NCBI GenBank assembly: GCA_050013835.1
Contig: JBEKEM010000003.1
Coordinates: forward strand, 9,710 to 73,709
Direction: 5' to 3'
DNA from: Acidimicrobiales bacterium
GTDB lineage: Bacteria > Actinomycetota > Acidimicrobiia > Acidimicrobiales > Bog-793
Length of the DNA stretch: 64,000 nucleotides
Shown here in pieces: positions 1-9,203 of the stretch. Position 1 is the first letter of the stretch; the number at the start of each line of letters is the position of its first letter. The position numbers were made by a program, and so were the translations under genes. A model generated the notes under the pieces. The model was given only the letters and a program-made list of their open reading frames with translations. It was not told where the DNA came from and searched no databases.

Positions 1-1
1 C

Positions 2-916
2 GAGCTCGAGCACCACTGCGTGCCGTGGCACGACGTCGCGATCTCCGGCTGGATCCTCGACCCCGACCACAAGAAGATCTCGAAGTCGAAGGGCAACGTC
101 GTCGTGCCGAATGACTCCCTCGACGCCCACGGGACCGACGCCGTCCGGTACTGGGCGGCGTCCGCCCGCCTCGGTGTCGACACGATCTTCGACGACCAGC
201 AGATGCGCATCGGCCGGCGGCTCGCGATCAAGATCCTCAACGCCAGCAAGTTCATCCTGCAACGGCTCACGGCCAACCCCGGCGGCTCCCTGACGGCGGA
301 ACCTCCCAGCCATCCCCTCGACCTCGCGATGCTCAGTCGCCTCACCGACGTCGTCGCCGAGGCGACCGAGGCGCTCGTCAACTACGAACACGCCCGGGCC
401 CTCGAGCGCGTCGAACGCTTCTTCTGGACCTTCTGCGACGACTACCTCGAGCTGGTGAAGGGCCGCGCCTACGGCGTGGGGCCGGCCGCCGACTCGGCCC
501 GGCGCGCCCTCGCCCTCGCCCTCGACACGCAGCTGCGCCTGTTCGCCCCCTTCCTCCCCTTCGCGACCGAGGAGGCGTGGTCGTGGAGCCACGAGGGCTC
601 GGTCCACGCGGCGCGCTGGCCTGCCCAGGACGAGCTGGCGCGCGACCCCGCCGAGTCCGACGGCCGACTGCTCGACAGCGTCGGCGCCGTCCTCGGCGCG
701 GTCCGGCGCGCCAAGACGGCGGCGAAGCAGTCGATGCGCGCGCCGGCCACCCGCGTCGTCGTGTCGGCCCCCGCCGCCACCGTCGACCTCCTCCGCCTGG
801 CGGCCGACGACCTCGCCGCCGCCGGCGCGATCGAACGGCTCGAGTTCACGCCGCGCGCCGGCGATCTCGACGTCCTCGTCGAGCTCGCCGAACCCGGCGC
901 CGGGGACGCCGGTTGA
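2..916 (+). CDS. valS: valine--tRNA ligase, C-terminal fragment (open at 5' window edge)
   Basis: The reading frame of ORF 20..916 stays open back to the window edge. It has a KMSKS-type motif 'KISKSKGN' followed by 'GTDAVRYWAASARLGVDT' and a long C-terminal region. From memory this matches actinobacterial-type ValRS. Confidence 0.8.
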   Translation, partial: ELEHHCVPWHDVAISGWILDPDHKKISKSKGNVVVPNDSLDAHGTDAVRYWAASARLGVDTIFDDQQMRIGRRLAIKILNASKFILQRLTANPGGSLTAEPPSHPLDLAMLSRLTDVVAEATEALVNYEHARALERVERFFWTFCDDYLELVKGRAYGVGPAADSARRALALALDTQLRLFAPFLPFATEEAWSWSHEGSVHAARWPAQDELARDPAESDGRLLDSVGAVLGAVRRAKTAAKQSMRAPATRVVVSAPAATVDLLRLAADDLAAAGAIERLEFTPRAGDLDVLVELAEPGAGDAG

Positions 917-1019
917 ACCTCGGGCCCGCAGGCAGGGACATGTCCGGGCCGTTCGCCGTTAGGTTCGCGCTCGCCATGAGCACCCGACCGCCCGGCGATC
1001 CGTCTCCGCCCGCGCTTCA

Positions 1020-2018
1020 GTGTCCGTGACCGCCGACCCGACTGTCGGCGCACGCCCCGTCGGCGGCGCCGACGACGTCATCCGGACGATCGACCTGACC
1101 AAGGTCTACGCCGGCACCGACTTCCGCGCCGTCGACGATCCGAACCTCACCGTCGCGCAAGGCGAGATCTTCGGCCTGCTCGGCCCGAACGGCGCCGGGA
1201 AGACGACGACGGCGGGGATGCTCACGACCCGGGTCATACCGACGTCGGGCCGGGCCTTCGTCGCCGGAATCGACGTCGTCCGGCACCCCTCGCCCGCCAA
1301 GCAGCTGATCGGCGTCGTCTCGCAGACGAACTCGCTCGACCGGCAGCTCTCCGTCTGGGAGAACCTCTACTTCCACGGCCGGCTCTTCGGCATGGGTGCG
1401 GCGGAGTCGCGCCGAACAGCTGACGAGCTCCTCGAACAGTTCCAGCTCTCGAAGTGGGCCAAGGCGTCCGTCTACGCCCTCTCGGGCGGGATGGCCCAGC
1501 GGCTCATGGTCGCCCGCTCGATCTTCCACCGGCCGGCGGTCCTTTTCTTGGACGAGCCGACGGCCGGGCTCGACCCGCAAAGCCGCCTCGCCCTGTGGGG
1601 CCTTCTCCAGCAGCTGAACGGTGACGGCCAGACGATCCTGCTCACGACGCATTACATGGAGGAGGCGGACCGGCTCTGCGACCGGGTGGCGATCATGGAC
1701 CACGGCAGGGTCCTCGCCCTCGACACCCCGGCGGAGCTCAAGCGGACCGTCGGCGCCGACACGATCGTCACGGTCAAAGCGACCGGAGACCAGCAGGCGC
1801 TCGAGCAGGCGCTCGAACGCGCTATCGAGGGCGTCACCCGCATGCGCCATACCGAGGCCGGCCTCGAACTGCACGTCCGGGGCGGGACCAGGCTCATCGC
1901 CCGGGTCGCCGCCGCCGCCGAGGCGGGCGGTTTCGGCGTCGTCGATCTGGCGGTCACCGAGCCGAGCCTCGAGACGGTCTTCATCAACCTCACGGGCCGG
2001 GAGCTGCGGGAGCAGTGA
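1020..2018 (+). CDS. ABC transporter ATP-binding protein (ABC-2/DrrA-like)
   Basis: Walker A 'GPNGAGKTT', signature 'LSGGMAQRL' and Walker B 'VLFLDEPTAGLD' are present. GTG start. Its end overlaps the next gene by 4 nt (GTGA). Confidence 0.9.
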   Translation: MSVTADPTVGARPVGGADDVIRTIDLTKVYAGTDFRAVDDPNLTVAQGEIFGLLGPNGAGKTTTAGMLTTRVIPTSGRAFVAGIDVVRHPSPAKQLIGVVSQTNSLDRQLSVWENLYFHGRLFGMGAAESRRTADELLEQFQLSKWAKASVYALSGGMAQRLMVARSIFHRPAVLFLDEPTAGLDPQSRLALWGLLQQLNGDGQTILLTTHYMEEADRLCDRVAIMDHGRVLALDTPAELKRTVGADTIVTVKATGDQQALEQALERAIEGVTRMRHTEAGLELHVRGGTRLIARVAAAAEAGGFGVVDLAVTEPSLETVFINLTGRELREQ

Positions 2019-2896
2019 GCGACCACCCCGTGGCCTTCGTCCACGTCCCCGTCGCCACCCGGCCCCGGCGCACGACGCTCGCCGCCAGCCGGACGGCGCT
2101 GCGGGCGCTGCTGTTGCGCGACCTCACCGTGCTGCGCAAGAACATGTTCGAGTTCACGATCCGCACGCTCGTGCAGCCGTTCCTGCTCTGTTTCGTCTTC
2201 CTCTACGTCTTCCCCAAGATCGGCCAGTCGGTCGGGGGTTCGCGGGCAACTGACGGCGAATCCTCGTTCGCGACGGTCCTCGTGCCCGGGGTCGTCGGAA
2301 TCTCGATCATGTTCCAGGGCGTGCAGTCCGTCGCCCTGCAGCTCTCCCAGGAGTTCGGGTTCACCCGCGAGATCGAGGACCGCGTCCAGGCACCGTGCCC
2401 CATCTGGCTGGTCGCCCTCGCCAAGGTGCTCTCCGGGGCGATCCAGGGCGTGATCTCGGCGGCCATCGTCCTGCCGATCGCCTCGCTCGTCCATGCCGCC
2501 GGGGTGGAGGCCCAGATCAACCTGCACTGGTGGATCATCCTCACCCTCGTGCCCATCTCGTGCGCCGCCATGGCCTCGCTCGGGCTGGTGCTCGGCACGA
2601 GCTTCGAACCGCGCAACATCGGCCTCATGTTCGGCTTCGTCATCCTCCCGGTGACGTTCCTCGGCGGCACCTACTACCCCTGGACGCGGCTCGCGCCCGT
2701 GAAACTCGGCGCCTGGCACTGGCTCCAGACGGTCGTGCTCGTCAACCCGCTCATCTACGTGAACGAGGGGATGCGCGCCGCCTTCACGGCCTCGCCGCAC
2801 CTCCACCTCTACGTCGTCTACCCGGCGCTCCTCGGGTTCTGCGCGGCGTTTCTCGCGATCGGCCTGCACAACTTCCGCCGACGGGTGCTCTCCTGA
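2015..2896 (+). CDS. ABC-2 type transporter permease
   Basis: A 293-aa hydrophobic protein with several membrane-spanning stretches. It is translationally coupled to the upstream ATPase. Confidence 0.8.
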   Translation: MSDHPVAFVHVPVATRPRRTTLAASRTALRALLLRDLTVLRKNMFEFTIRTLVQPFLLCFVFLYVFPKIGQSVGGSRATDGESSFATVLVPGVVGISIMFQGVQSVALQLSQEFGFTREIEDRVQAPCPIWLVALAKVLSGAIQGVISAAIVLPIASLVHAAGVEAQINLHWWIILTLVPISCAAMASLGLVLGTSFEPRNIGLMFGFVILPVTFLGGTYYPWTRLAPVKLGAWHWLQTVVLVNPLIYVNEGMRAAFTASPHLHLYVVYPALLGFCAAFLAIGLHNFRRRVLS

Positions 2897-2914
2897 AATT
2901 CCCCGGGATGCCGC

Positions 2915-3586
2915 CTAACGGGTGAACGCCGAGTCGGCGGCGCCCGCGTAGAGCTCGCAGGCGCGCCAGCAGTACCAGGCGGCGACCGACCGGTACGGCC
3001 GGAATGGGTCGCCGAGCGGCCCGAGTTCGCGCGCCGTCGGCGGGGGCACGCGCCAGGCGAGCCCGTAGCCGCGGCGCACGCCGAGGTCCCCGGTCGGCCA
3101 GACGTCGAGACGGCGCAGCTGGAACATGAGGAACATCTGTGCCGTCCACTCGCCGATCCCGCGCACCGTCGAAAGGTGCGCCACGATCTCCTCGTCGCTC
3201 GCCCTCGCCAGGTGCCGGCGGTCGAGGTCGACCGTCCCGTCGAGCACCTTCGTCGCCAGGTCCCGCAGCGACTCCGCCTTGTTGCGCGACAGCCCGGCGG
3301 CGCGCAGCGCCTCGTCGGGAAGCCCCAGGAGCGCGGCAGGATCGTCCGGGTCGCCCATCGCGGCGAGGAGCCGACCGTGGATCGCCGCCGCCGCCGGCCC
3401 CGCCAGCTGCTGGTAGGTGACCGAACGCGTGAGCGCCGCGAACGGCGTCCCGCCCGGAGCCCGCAGCGTCGGCGGGCCGGCGGCCTCGATCAGCGTCGCC
3501 AGCACCGGGTCGCGCGCCGCGAGCAGGACCGCGGCCGAGCGGTGGGACGGGCGCCGGGGGGCCGGCTGGGGGGGGGACACGCTCAC
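2915..3586 (-). CDS. DNA-3-methyladenine glycosylase II family (HhH-GPD) protein
   Basis: Helix-hairpin-helix/GPD region 'LSTVRGIGEWTAQMFLMF...WPTGDLGVRRGY'. Confidence 0.75.
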   Translation of the reverse strand: MSVSPPQPAPRRPSHRSAAVLLAARDPVLATLIEAAGPPTLRAPGGTPFAALTRSVTYQQLAGPAAAAIHGRLLAAMGDPDDPAALLGLPDEALRAAGLSRNKAESLRDLATKVLDGTVDLDRRHLARASDEEIVAHLSTVRGIGEWTAQMFLMFQLRRLDVWPTGDLGVRRGYGLAWRVPPPTARELGPLGDPFRPYRSVAAWYCWRACELYAGAADSAFTR

Positions 3587-3681
3587 GGTCAGAGTCTGCC
3601 CGGAACGGGGTGCGGGGCGGCAATCCGCCCGCCGGAGCCGTTGCGTCTTCGGACCCGCCCGCGGGGCGCGATGATCGAGCC

Positions 3682-4026
3682 ATGGTCGCCATGACGACCG
3701 GGCGCTTCGAGGAGCTCGTCGCCTCGGCGCTCGACAGCCTCCCGGAGAGCCTCGGCCGCGCGATGGAGAACGTCTCGGTCTCGGTCGACCCCTACGCCCC
3801 GGCGGGCAGGCTCTTCGGCCTCTACGAGGGCGTCCCGCTCACCCAGCGGGGCATCCAGTACTCGGCGGTGCTGCCGGACCGCATCACGGTCTTCATGCGG
3901 AGCATCTGCGCCAGCTGCCGCAGCGAGGCGGAGGTCACGGCGGTCGTGCGCAAGACCGTGATCCACGAGATCGCCCACCACTTCGGGATCAACGACGCCC
4001 GCCTCGCCGAGCTCGGCTGGGCCTGA
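3682..4026 (+). CDS. zincin-like metallopeptidase family protein
   Basis: HExxH motif 'VIHEIAHHFG' near the C-terminus of a roughly 115-aa protein. I set the start at the in-frame ATG at 3682 inside ORF 3610..4026. Confidence 0.65.
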   Translation: MVAMTTGRFEELVASALDSLPESLGRAMENVSVSVDPYAPAGRLFGLYEGVPLTQRGIQYSAVLPDRITVFMRSICASCRSEAEVTAVVRKTVIHEIAHHFGINDARLAELGWA

Positions 4027-4113
4027 GGGGACACCTCCGACGCGACGTCCCAGCTGACCGCTCCGCTCCTCGCGGGGAACCGTCCGCCACTGGGCCGTGG
4101 GCCCGTCGGCCGA

Positions 4114-4542
4114 CTAGCCGGGAGGATCCTTCGCGAACCGGGCGCGGATCCGTTCCTCGACCTCGGCTCGGGTGCTCGGAACCGCGAACGTGATGAGCTC
4201 CCAGTCGTCCGACGGCTCGAAACCCACGCGGTCGTCGTGGAGCACGTAGGTGCCGTCGTCGAGTGTCCGGAACCCGACGAGCAGGTGCGCCTGGTCGATG
4301 CCCAGGAACGCCGCGGCCTTGTCGAGCAGGGAGAAGACATCGCGTTTCGTCGCGAAACTCCAGCGGTAGCGGTCACCCCGGCGTTCGATGAGGATCTGCG
4401 GATCGACCGTCGACGCCTCGACGACCGCCTCGCAGACGGCCTCGAGCGGCGAGAACGTGAACGCGCTCTCGAGCAGCCCGACCCTGGTCGGTTCGGACGG
4501 TGTCTCCGACGAAGTCGTCACCGGGAGATTCTCATCGCTCAA
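4114..4542 (-). CDS. hypothetical protein (acidic, 142 aa)
   Basis: Third-position GC is high throughout, with a TTG start at 4542. I recognise no motif. It lies directly downstream of the ArdC-like gene on the same strand. Confidence 0.5.
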   Translation of the reverse strand: MSDENLPVTTSSETPSEPTRVGLLESAFTFSPLEAVCEAVVEASTVDPQILIERRGDRYRWSFATKRDVFSLLDKAAAFLGIDQAHLLVGFRTLDDGTYVLHDDRVGFEPSDDWELITFAVPSTRAEVEERIRARFAKDPPG

Positions 4543-4652
4543 CCCGTTCTATCGCGTGAAACCCGGGCTCGCGGCATCGCCGCGGGAGTGCCCCGGGCGA
4601 GGCGAGCCGGACGCCTCGATTATCGCAGAGCGCCGCCCGGCGCAGTTTCTCG

Positions 4653-5468
4653 CTACGCCGCCCGCTCCCCCGCCTCGTCGCGGCAAGGACCGAGGATCGC
4701 CGCCGCGGCCTTCTGGATGCGCCCACACGAGGCCCGGACGGCGACGACTGCCGGTTCCCCCCCGCCAGCCCACGTCGCGACGTAACCGAACGAGTACTCG
4801 CCACTGTCGATCCCGAGCTGGCGGCAGACCACGTAGGCGGTGGACTCGGCCTCGAGCTCGGCGAGCGACCGGTCCTCGAAGCCCGCGTGGAGGAGGGCGT
4901 GGGCGAGCTCGTGGGCGAGGGTCTTCACGCGTTGGACCGGCGTGTTGCGGGCCTCGATCCGGATGCGGTGCTCGTCGTGAGAGCAGTCGCCGTTGACGTT
5001 CCCGGCAAAGGCGTGTTCCTCGACAGAGAAGCCCAGCCTCTGGGCGACCGCGGTGAGCCGCGCGAAGTGGCCCGCCGGGTCGTCGCCGACGAGCCGGCTG
5101 CACACGGACGGCAGCTCCTCGCCCTCGGTCTGGGAGACGTCGAAGACGGGCACGAACTTGAAACCGCGCACGACCCGTTCAGCGTCGTCCTCGGCGTCAC
5201 CGGGCCGCCGGTAGACGAGCGGCGCGAGAATCCAGATCGCCCGCTCCCCCGAACGGACGAAGCGGCCGAGCCTCCGCCAGGCGCGGTAGCCCGCCACCTG
5301 GGTCGCCTCGGGGCACTGCGCAGCGATGAGGAGCACGTTGTTGAAGCTGTAGGAGTGGAACCGGCCCTGGAATTCCAGGTAGCGCCGCCATTCGTCCGAG
5401 GTCGTGAGTCGGGCGATCCCCTCGGCGAGCTGGGTGATGACCTCTGGGTGCCTGTCGTAGGCGGTCAC
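4653..5468 (-). CDS. ArdC-like ssDNA-binding / zinc-metalloprotease domain protein
   Basis: The N-terminal 'YLEFQGRFHSYSFNNVLLIAAQ...AGYRAWRRLGRFVRSGERAI' resembles the ArdC/DUF1738 N-domain. The C-terminus has an HExxH motif, 'LAHELAHALLH'. I set the start at the in-frame GTG at 5468, preceded by GGGACGAAGAA. The upstream part of ORF 4653..5669 looks non-coding. Confidence 0.7.
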   Translation of the reverse strand: MTAYDRHPEVITQLAEGIARLTTSDEWRRYLEFQGRFHSYSFNNVLLIAAQCPEATQVAGYRAWRRLGRFVRSGERAIWILAPLVYRRPGDAEDDAERVVRGFKFVPVFDVSQTEGEELPSVCSRLVGDDPAGHFARLTAVAQRLGFSVEEHAFAGNVNGDCSHDEHRIRIEARNTPVQRVKTLAHELAHALLHAGFEDRSLAELEAESTAYVVCRQLGIDSGEYSFGYVATWAGGGEPAVVAVRASCGRIQKAAAAILGPCRDEAGERAA

Positions 5469-5685
5469 TTCTTCGTCCCTCCGTGTCGAGCCGGTGCGGC
5501 ACACCCCGCGGACGGGGTGAAGCGGCCCGACCGCCCGGTCGCACCCCACCGCCGGAGCGGGGGTCGTGACCGGGCCATCGCGGGTGACGCCGATTCGAGG
5601 ACGCTGGGGAGTTCGACCGATCGACACGCCGGCAGCGACAACCCGGGATTCGTGACGATGCGTAGTCACCGAAGTGAACCGGTCG

Positions 5686-5717
5686 GGGCGTCACCCTAGG
5701 TGCGGCCTGTGACGCCC
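5686..5717 (-). terminator. candidate stem-loop downstream of the 5814..6869 gene
   Basis: A 9-bp inverted repeat, GGGCGTCAC / GTGACGCCC, flanks a 14-nt loop about 100 nt past the stop codon. There is no clear U-tract. Confidence 0.3.
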
Positions 5718-5813
5718 GTTCCCCGCTGGGCGAGGCGGGGCGACTGGGCGAGGCGGCCGGCGAAAGGGACGATTGGCCCGACCCGACGAGCCGGGCCCGG
5801 CCCGCCGGGGACC

Positions 5814-6869
5814 TCAGGCGCCCTTGACGATCGAAGCCCCCAGGTGCCTGGCGATGATGGCCATCCGCATGGGGATCATGTTCGCCATCTGCTCGACGTC
5901 TCTCATCCTCGGGTCCGAGTCGACGCTGGGGTCCAGCTCGTCCCGGCGCGGGCGCGGGTGCATGACGATGCTGTCCGGCGACATCTGCTGGATCCGGTCG
6001 TAGTCGACGATCCAGCTCCCGTAGTCGCGGGCCAGCTGCTCGGCGCGGACGATCTCCGCCGGGTCCTCGCCCGTGTATTCATCCGGGTTGCGACCCAGGT
6101 AGAGGACGTCCGTGTGCCGCATCGCCCCGTCGAGGTCGCCGGTTCTCGTCAGGCGGTCCCCGAGCAGCTCGACGAGTGCCGGGGGCACCGGGGCGGCGGG
6201 TGACTCGACGGCCACGATCTCCATGCCCAGCGTCGCGGCGCCGATCATGAGGGAGTGGTGCGCCCGGTACCGCTCCTGGTCGCCGACCACCGTGATCGTG
6301 AGCCCGGCGAACCGCTTGAACTTCTTGTGCACGGTGAACAGGTCGCCGAGGGCCTGGGTCGGGTGCTCGTTGTGACCGTCGCCGAGGTTGATGACGGGCA
6401 CGACCTGCGCGAGCTGCCCGTAGGCCACGGCCTGGGCGATGACGTGGGCGGCGAAGGCCGGGCCGCCGTTCTCGGCGGTCCGGATGCCGAGGATGTCCGC
6501 CTGGGTCGCGAAGGCCACCCAGGAGTCCGCCAGCGACTCCCCCTTGGCCTCGGACGAGCTGCTCATACCGCTGATCAGCTCGGCGGAGCCACCGAGCTTC
6601 CGCATCGCCGAGGTGCAGCTGCCACCGGTCCGGGTCGAGGGTTGCCGCATGATCGCCTTCATGACGGCGCGGGGTAGCAGTTGCAGGCCGCGGCGCGCCG
6701 GATCCCGGATCGCGCGCTCGCCGGCGTAGGCCTCGTCGAGGTACGCGCCGATGTCATCGGCGTCCAGCTGGTGCATGGAAAGCAGGTTCTTGCCCGTGGC
6801 GTCTCCGGCGATCGGTTGCGTCACCGCAGACAGGTCAATCGCTTCCACCGCTTCGGTTGCAGCCATCAT
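5814..6869 (-). CDS. aspartate/ornithine carbamoyltransferase-fold protein, divergent (STRTG variant)
   Basis: Motifs seen: 'PSTRTGGS' where STRTR is expected, 'EHPTQALGDL' (HPxQ), and 'MHPRPRRDEL' (HPLPR-like). ATG at 6869 is preceded by GGGAGAAG. Confidence 0.75.
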   Translation of the reverse strand: MMAATEAVEAIDLSAVTQPIAGDATGKNLLSMHQLDADDIGAYLDEAYAGERAIRDPARRGLQLLPRAVMKAIMRQPSTRTGGSCTSAMRKLGGSAELISGMSSSSEAKGESLADSWVAFATQADILGIRTAENGGPAFAAHVIAQAVAYGQLAQVVPVINLGDGHNEHPTQALGDLFTVHKKFKRFAGLTITVVGDQERYRAHHSLMIGAATLGMEIVAVESPAAPVPPALVELLGDRLTRTGDLDGAMRHTDVLYLGRNPDEYTGEDPAEIVRAEQLARDYGSWIVDYDRIQQMSPDSIVMHPRPRRDELDPSVDSDPRMRDVEQMANMIPMRMAIIARHLGASIVKGA

Positions 6870-7160
6870 CTTCTCCCTGGGCGCGAGGCTCTGGTCAAAC
6901 GGGTCGGCACGGACGCCCGCCCCGCCACCGGTCACGCCGTGAAGGCCGAGGAACGGTCCCGCAGGACGGCTTCGCCATCCCGTCATCCCGGGAACCTGGC
7001 CGAAAGTCCGGGCTCTTCCTTGGCGATGCGAATTGCACGTGACACTCCGACGGGGTCGGTCGCCGTCAGGCTAATTGCCTCCCGCCTGGCGATGGGGAAC
7101 CACTCTCGGTGACGCCCGCCGGGAAAACGCGCGGAGAGGGATCGCCGGGGTCCGCCCGGC

Positions 7161-7634
7161 TCAGGGCGCATCGAGGTCGGTCACGTCGGCGATCGGCGTC
7201 GAGTCCTGGCCCCAGTCCGACCCCCCCGCCCAGGTTTCCCGCTTCCAAATCGGAGCCGTCGCCTTCACCATGTCGAGACAGGTCCGGGCCGCCGCGAAGG
7301 CGTCGGACCGGTGCGGGGTGGCGACCACGACCGCGACCGACACCTCCCCGACCGCGAGCACCCCGACACGGTGCAGCAGGGCGACCCGGCGCACCTCGGG
7401 GAAGCGTGCCCGCACGGCGCGGGCGACCTCCGCCATCTTCGTCGCGACGTAGGCCTCGTAGGCCTCGTAGGCCAGGCTGACCACGCCGGGACGGCCCTCG
7501 GAAGCGTCGCGGACCGAGCCGCAGAAGGTTACGACCGCCCCGCAGTCCGGCTGCGACGCCCAGGCCATCGCCTCGGCCACCGGCAGACGGTCGGCCAAGA
7601 CGGCGATCCAGTCCTCGGGCTGCTCCTCGGCCAT
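7161..7634 (-). CDS. moaE: molybdopterin synthase catalytic subunit MoaE
   Basis: Only the C-terminal 157 aa of ORF 7161..8972 look real: 'AVVTFCGSVRD...YEAYEAY...RVALLHRVGVLAVGEVSVAVVVATPHR...APIWKRE'. Confidence 0.85.
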   Translation of the reverse strand: MAEEQPEDWIAVLADRLPVAEAMAWASQPDCGAVVTFCGSVRDASEGRPGVVSLAYEAYEAYVATKMAEVARAVRARFPEVRRVALLHRVGVLAVGEVSVAVVVATPHRSDAFAAARTCLDMVKATAPIWKRETWAGGSDWGQDSTPIADVTDLDAP

Positions 7635-7754
7635 CGCCGAACGATCGTAGGCCCGAACGCACTCGACCGATCCGCCCGACGGGGATCGGGCGACCGTCAC
7701 GTCGCGCCGACGCGCGGATGGCACCCCGTCGGCCCCACCCTTACGCTTTGCCAG

Positions 7755-8876
7755 ATGAAGGAGATCCTCGCCGACATCGAACGGTGGCGGGAAGCGGGTC
7801 GCCGCGTCGCGCTGGCCCGGGTCGTCGGCACGCAGGGCTCGGCTCCGCGCGAGCCCGGCGCCGCGATGGCGGTCAACGAGGACGGCGAGGCCGCCGGGTC
7901 CGTGTCCGGCGGATGCGTGGAGACCGCCGTCGTCACCGAGGCGCTCGACGCGCTCGCGACGGGAAAACCCCGGTTGGCGACCTTCGGTTACTCCGACGAC
8001 GAGGCGTTCGCCGTCGGTCTGACGTGTGGCGGGACGATCCGGCTGTTCGTCGAGCCGCTGGGGCCACCGGGGATGGGAGAAGCGATCTTCCTCGCCTTGC
8101 GCGACCGTCTGGCCGCCGCGCGACCGGTCGTGCTCGCCACGCTCATCGAGGCGGGCGCGGCCCTCGGGGCGGCGATGCTCGCGACCCCCGACGCCCCGCC
8201 GATCGGCTCGCTGGGAGATCCCGGCCTCGACGGGGCGGTCCTCCGGGACGCACTCGGCCACCTCGACGCAGGCACGACCGCGGTCCGCCGCTACGGCCCT
8301 CACGGCGAGGCCACCCTGCCGGACGCCGCCGTCTTCATCGAGAGCTTCGCCCCGCCGCCCCGCATGCTCATCTTCGGCGCGGTCGACTTCGCCGCGGCGC
8401 TCGCCAGGATCGCCAAGGTCCTCGGCTACTGGGTCACCGTGTGCGACGCACGTCCCGTCTTCGCCACGCAAGCCCGGTTCCCGATGGCCGACGAGATCGT
8501 CGTCGACTGGCCCGACCGCTACCTGGCGACGGTCGGGGCCGACCTGTGCGCCCGCGACGCCATCTGCGTCCTCACCCACGACCCCAAGTTCGACATCCCC
8601 GCCGTCGTCGCCGCCCTCGACACGGCGGCCGGCTACATCGGCGCGATGGGATCCCGCCGTACCGCCGCCGACCGGGAGCAGCGGCTGCGAGAGGCGGGCG
8701 TCGGAGCCGAGGCCCTGACACGGGTCATGGCCCCGATCGGCCTCGACATCGGCGCGCGAACTCCCGAGGAGACGGCGATCTCCATCTGCGCCGAGATCGT
8801 CGCCCTGCGCTCGAGGAACCACACCGGCGCGCCGCTCCGTGCCACGGTCGGCCCGATCCACAACCCCGTTTTCTGA
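7755..8876 (+). CDS. xdhC: XdhC/CoxI family molybdoenzyme maturation protein
   Basis: 'MKEILADIERWREAGRRVALARVVGTQGSAPREPGAAMAV...GSVSGGCVE' plus a C-terminal Rossmann-like half. ATG at 7755 inside ORF 7311..8876. Confidence 0.85.
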   Translation: MKEILADIERWREAGRRVALARVVGTQGSAPREPGAAMAVNEDGEAAGSVSGGCVETAVVTEALDALATGKPRLATFGYSDDEAFAVGLTCGGTIRLFVEPLGPPGMGEAIFLALRDRLAAARPVVLATLIEAGAALGAAMLATPDAPPIGSLGDPGLDGAVLRDALGHLDAGTTAVRRYGPHGEATLPDAAVFIESFAPPPRMLIFGAVDFAAALARIAKVLGYWVTVCDARPVFATQARFPMADEIVVDWPDRYLATVGADLCARDAICVLTHDPKFDIPAVVAALDTAAGYIGAMGSRRTAADREQRLREAGVGAEALTRVMAPIGLDIGARTPEETAISICAEIVALRSRNHTGAPLRATVGPIHNPVF

Positions 8877-9203
8877 TCCCGACAACGCACCGATCGTCAC
8901 GACCGCGCCGGTCACGGCCCGCCCCGGGTGTCCCGTCGGCCAGCCCGGGGCGGTGGGCGATGACCTCGGCACGCCTTCCCGGACTGGGGCTCGCCGCCAG
9001 CGGGTCGGAAATGGACGGGTTTGACCTGCGGTTACGGATCACGGCGCAAGACCGCGCGTGCGGCGTGGAGTCGCGAATCTGGCAACCGTTATCTCTTCAT
9101 GACCGCGCGCAGATCATCGAAGGCGCGGCCGAGTCACACTGACCCACTACCAACGCTGGAACGACGAGACCGGCCCGCTAGCGTTCGAGCCGAGAGAGAT
9201 CCG

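Noticed and set aside
5469-5813. tRNA gene or att site next to the ArdC-like gene
   Set aside because: I found no cloverleaf, no GGTTCGA-type T-loop with flanking stem, and no direct repeat shared with the 4027-4113 flank.
7635-8972. N-terminal 446 aa of ORF 7161..8972
   Set aside because: It is antisense to the well-supported xdhC gene and has low-complexity Arg/Gly/Asp composition. Only the MoaE part (7161..7634) is credible.
9021-9203. Upstream ATG starts (9021/9099) for the XDH large subunit
   Set aside because: Third-position GC between 9099 and 9203 is clearly lower than in the coding sequence. The encoded peptide is basic and low-complexity. Coding signal begins at the TTG at 9204.
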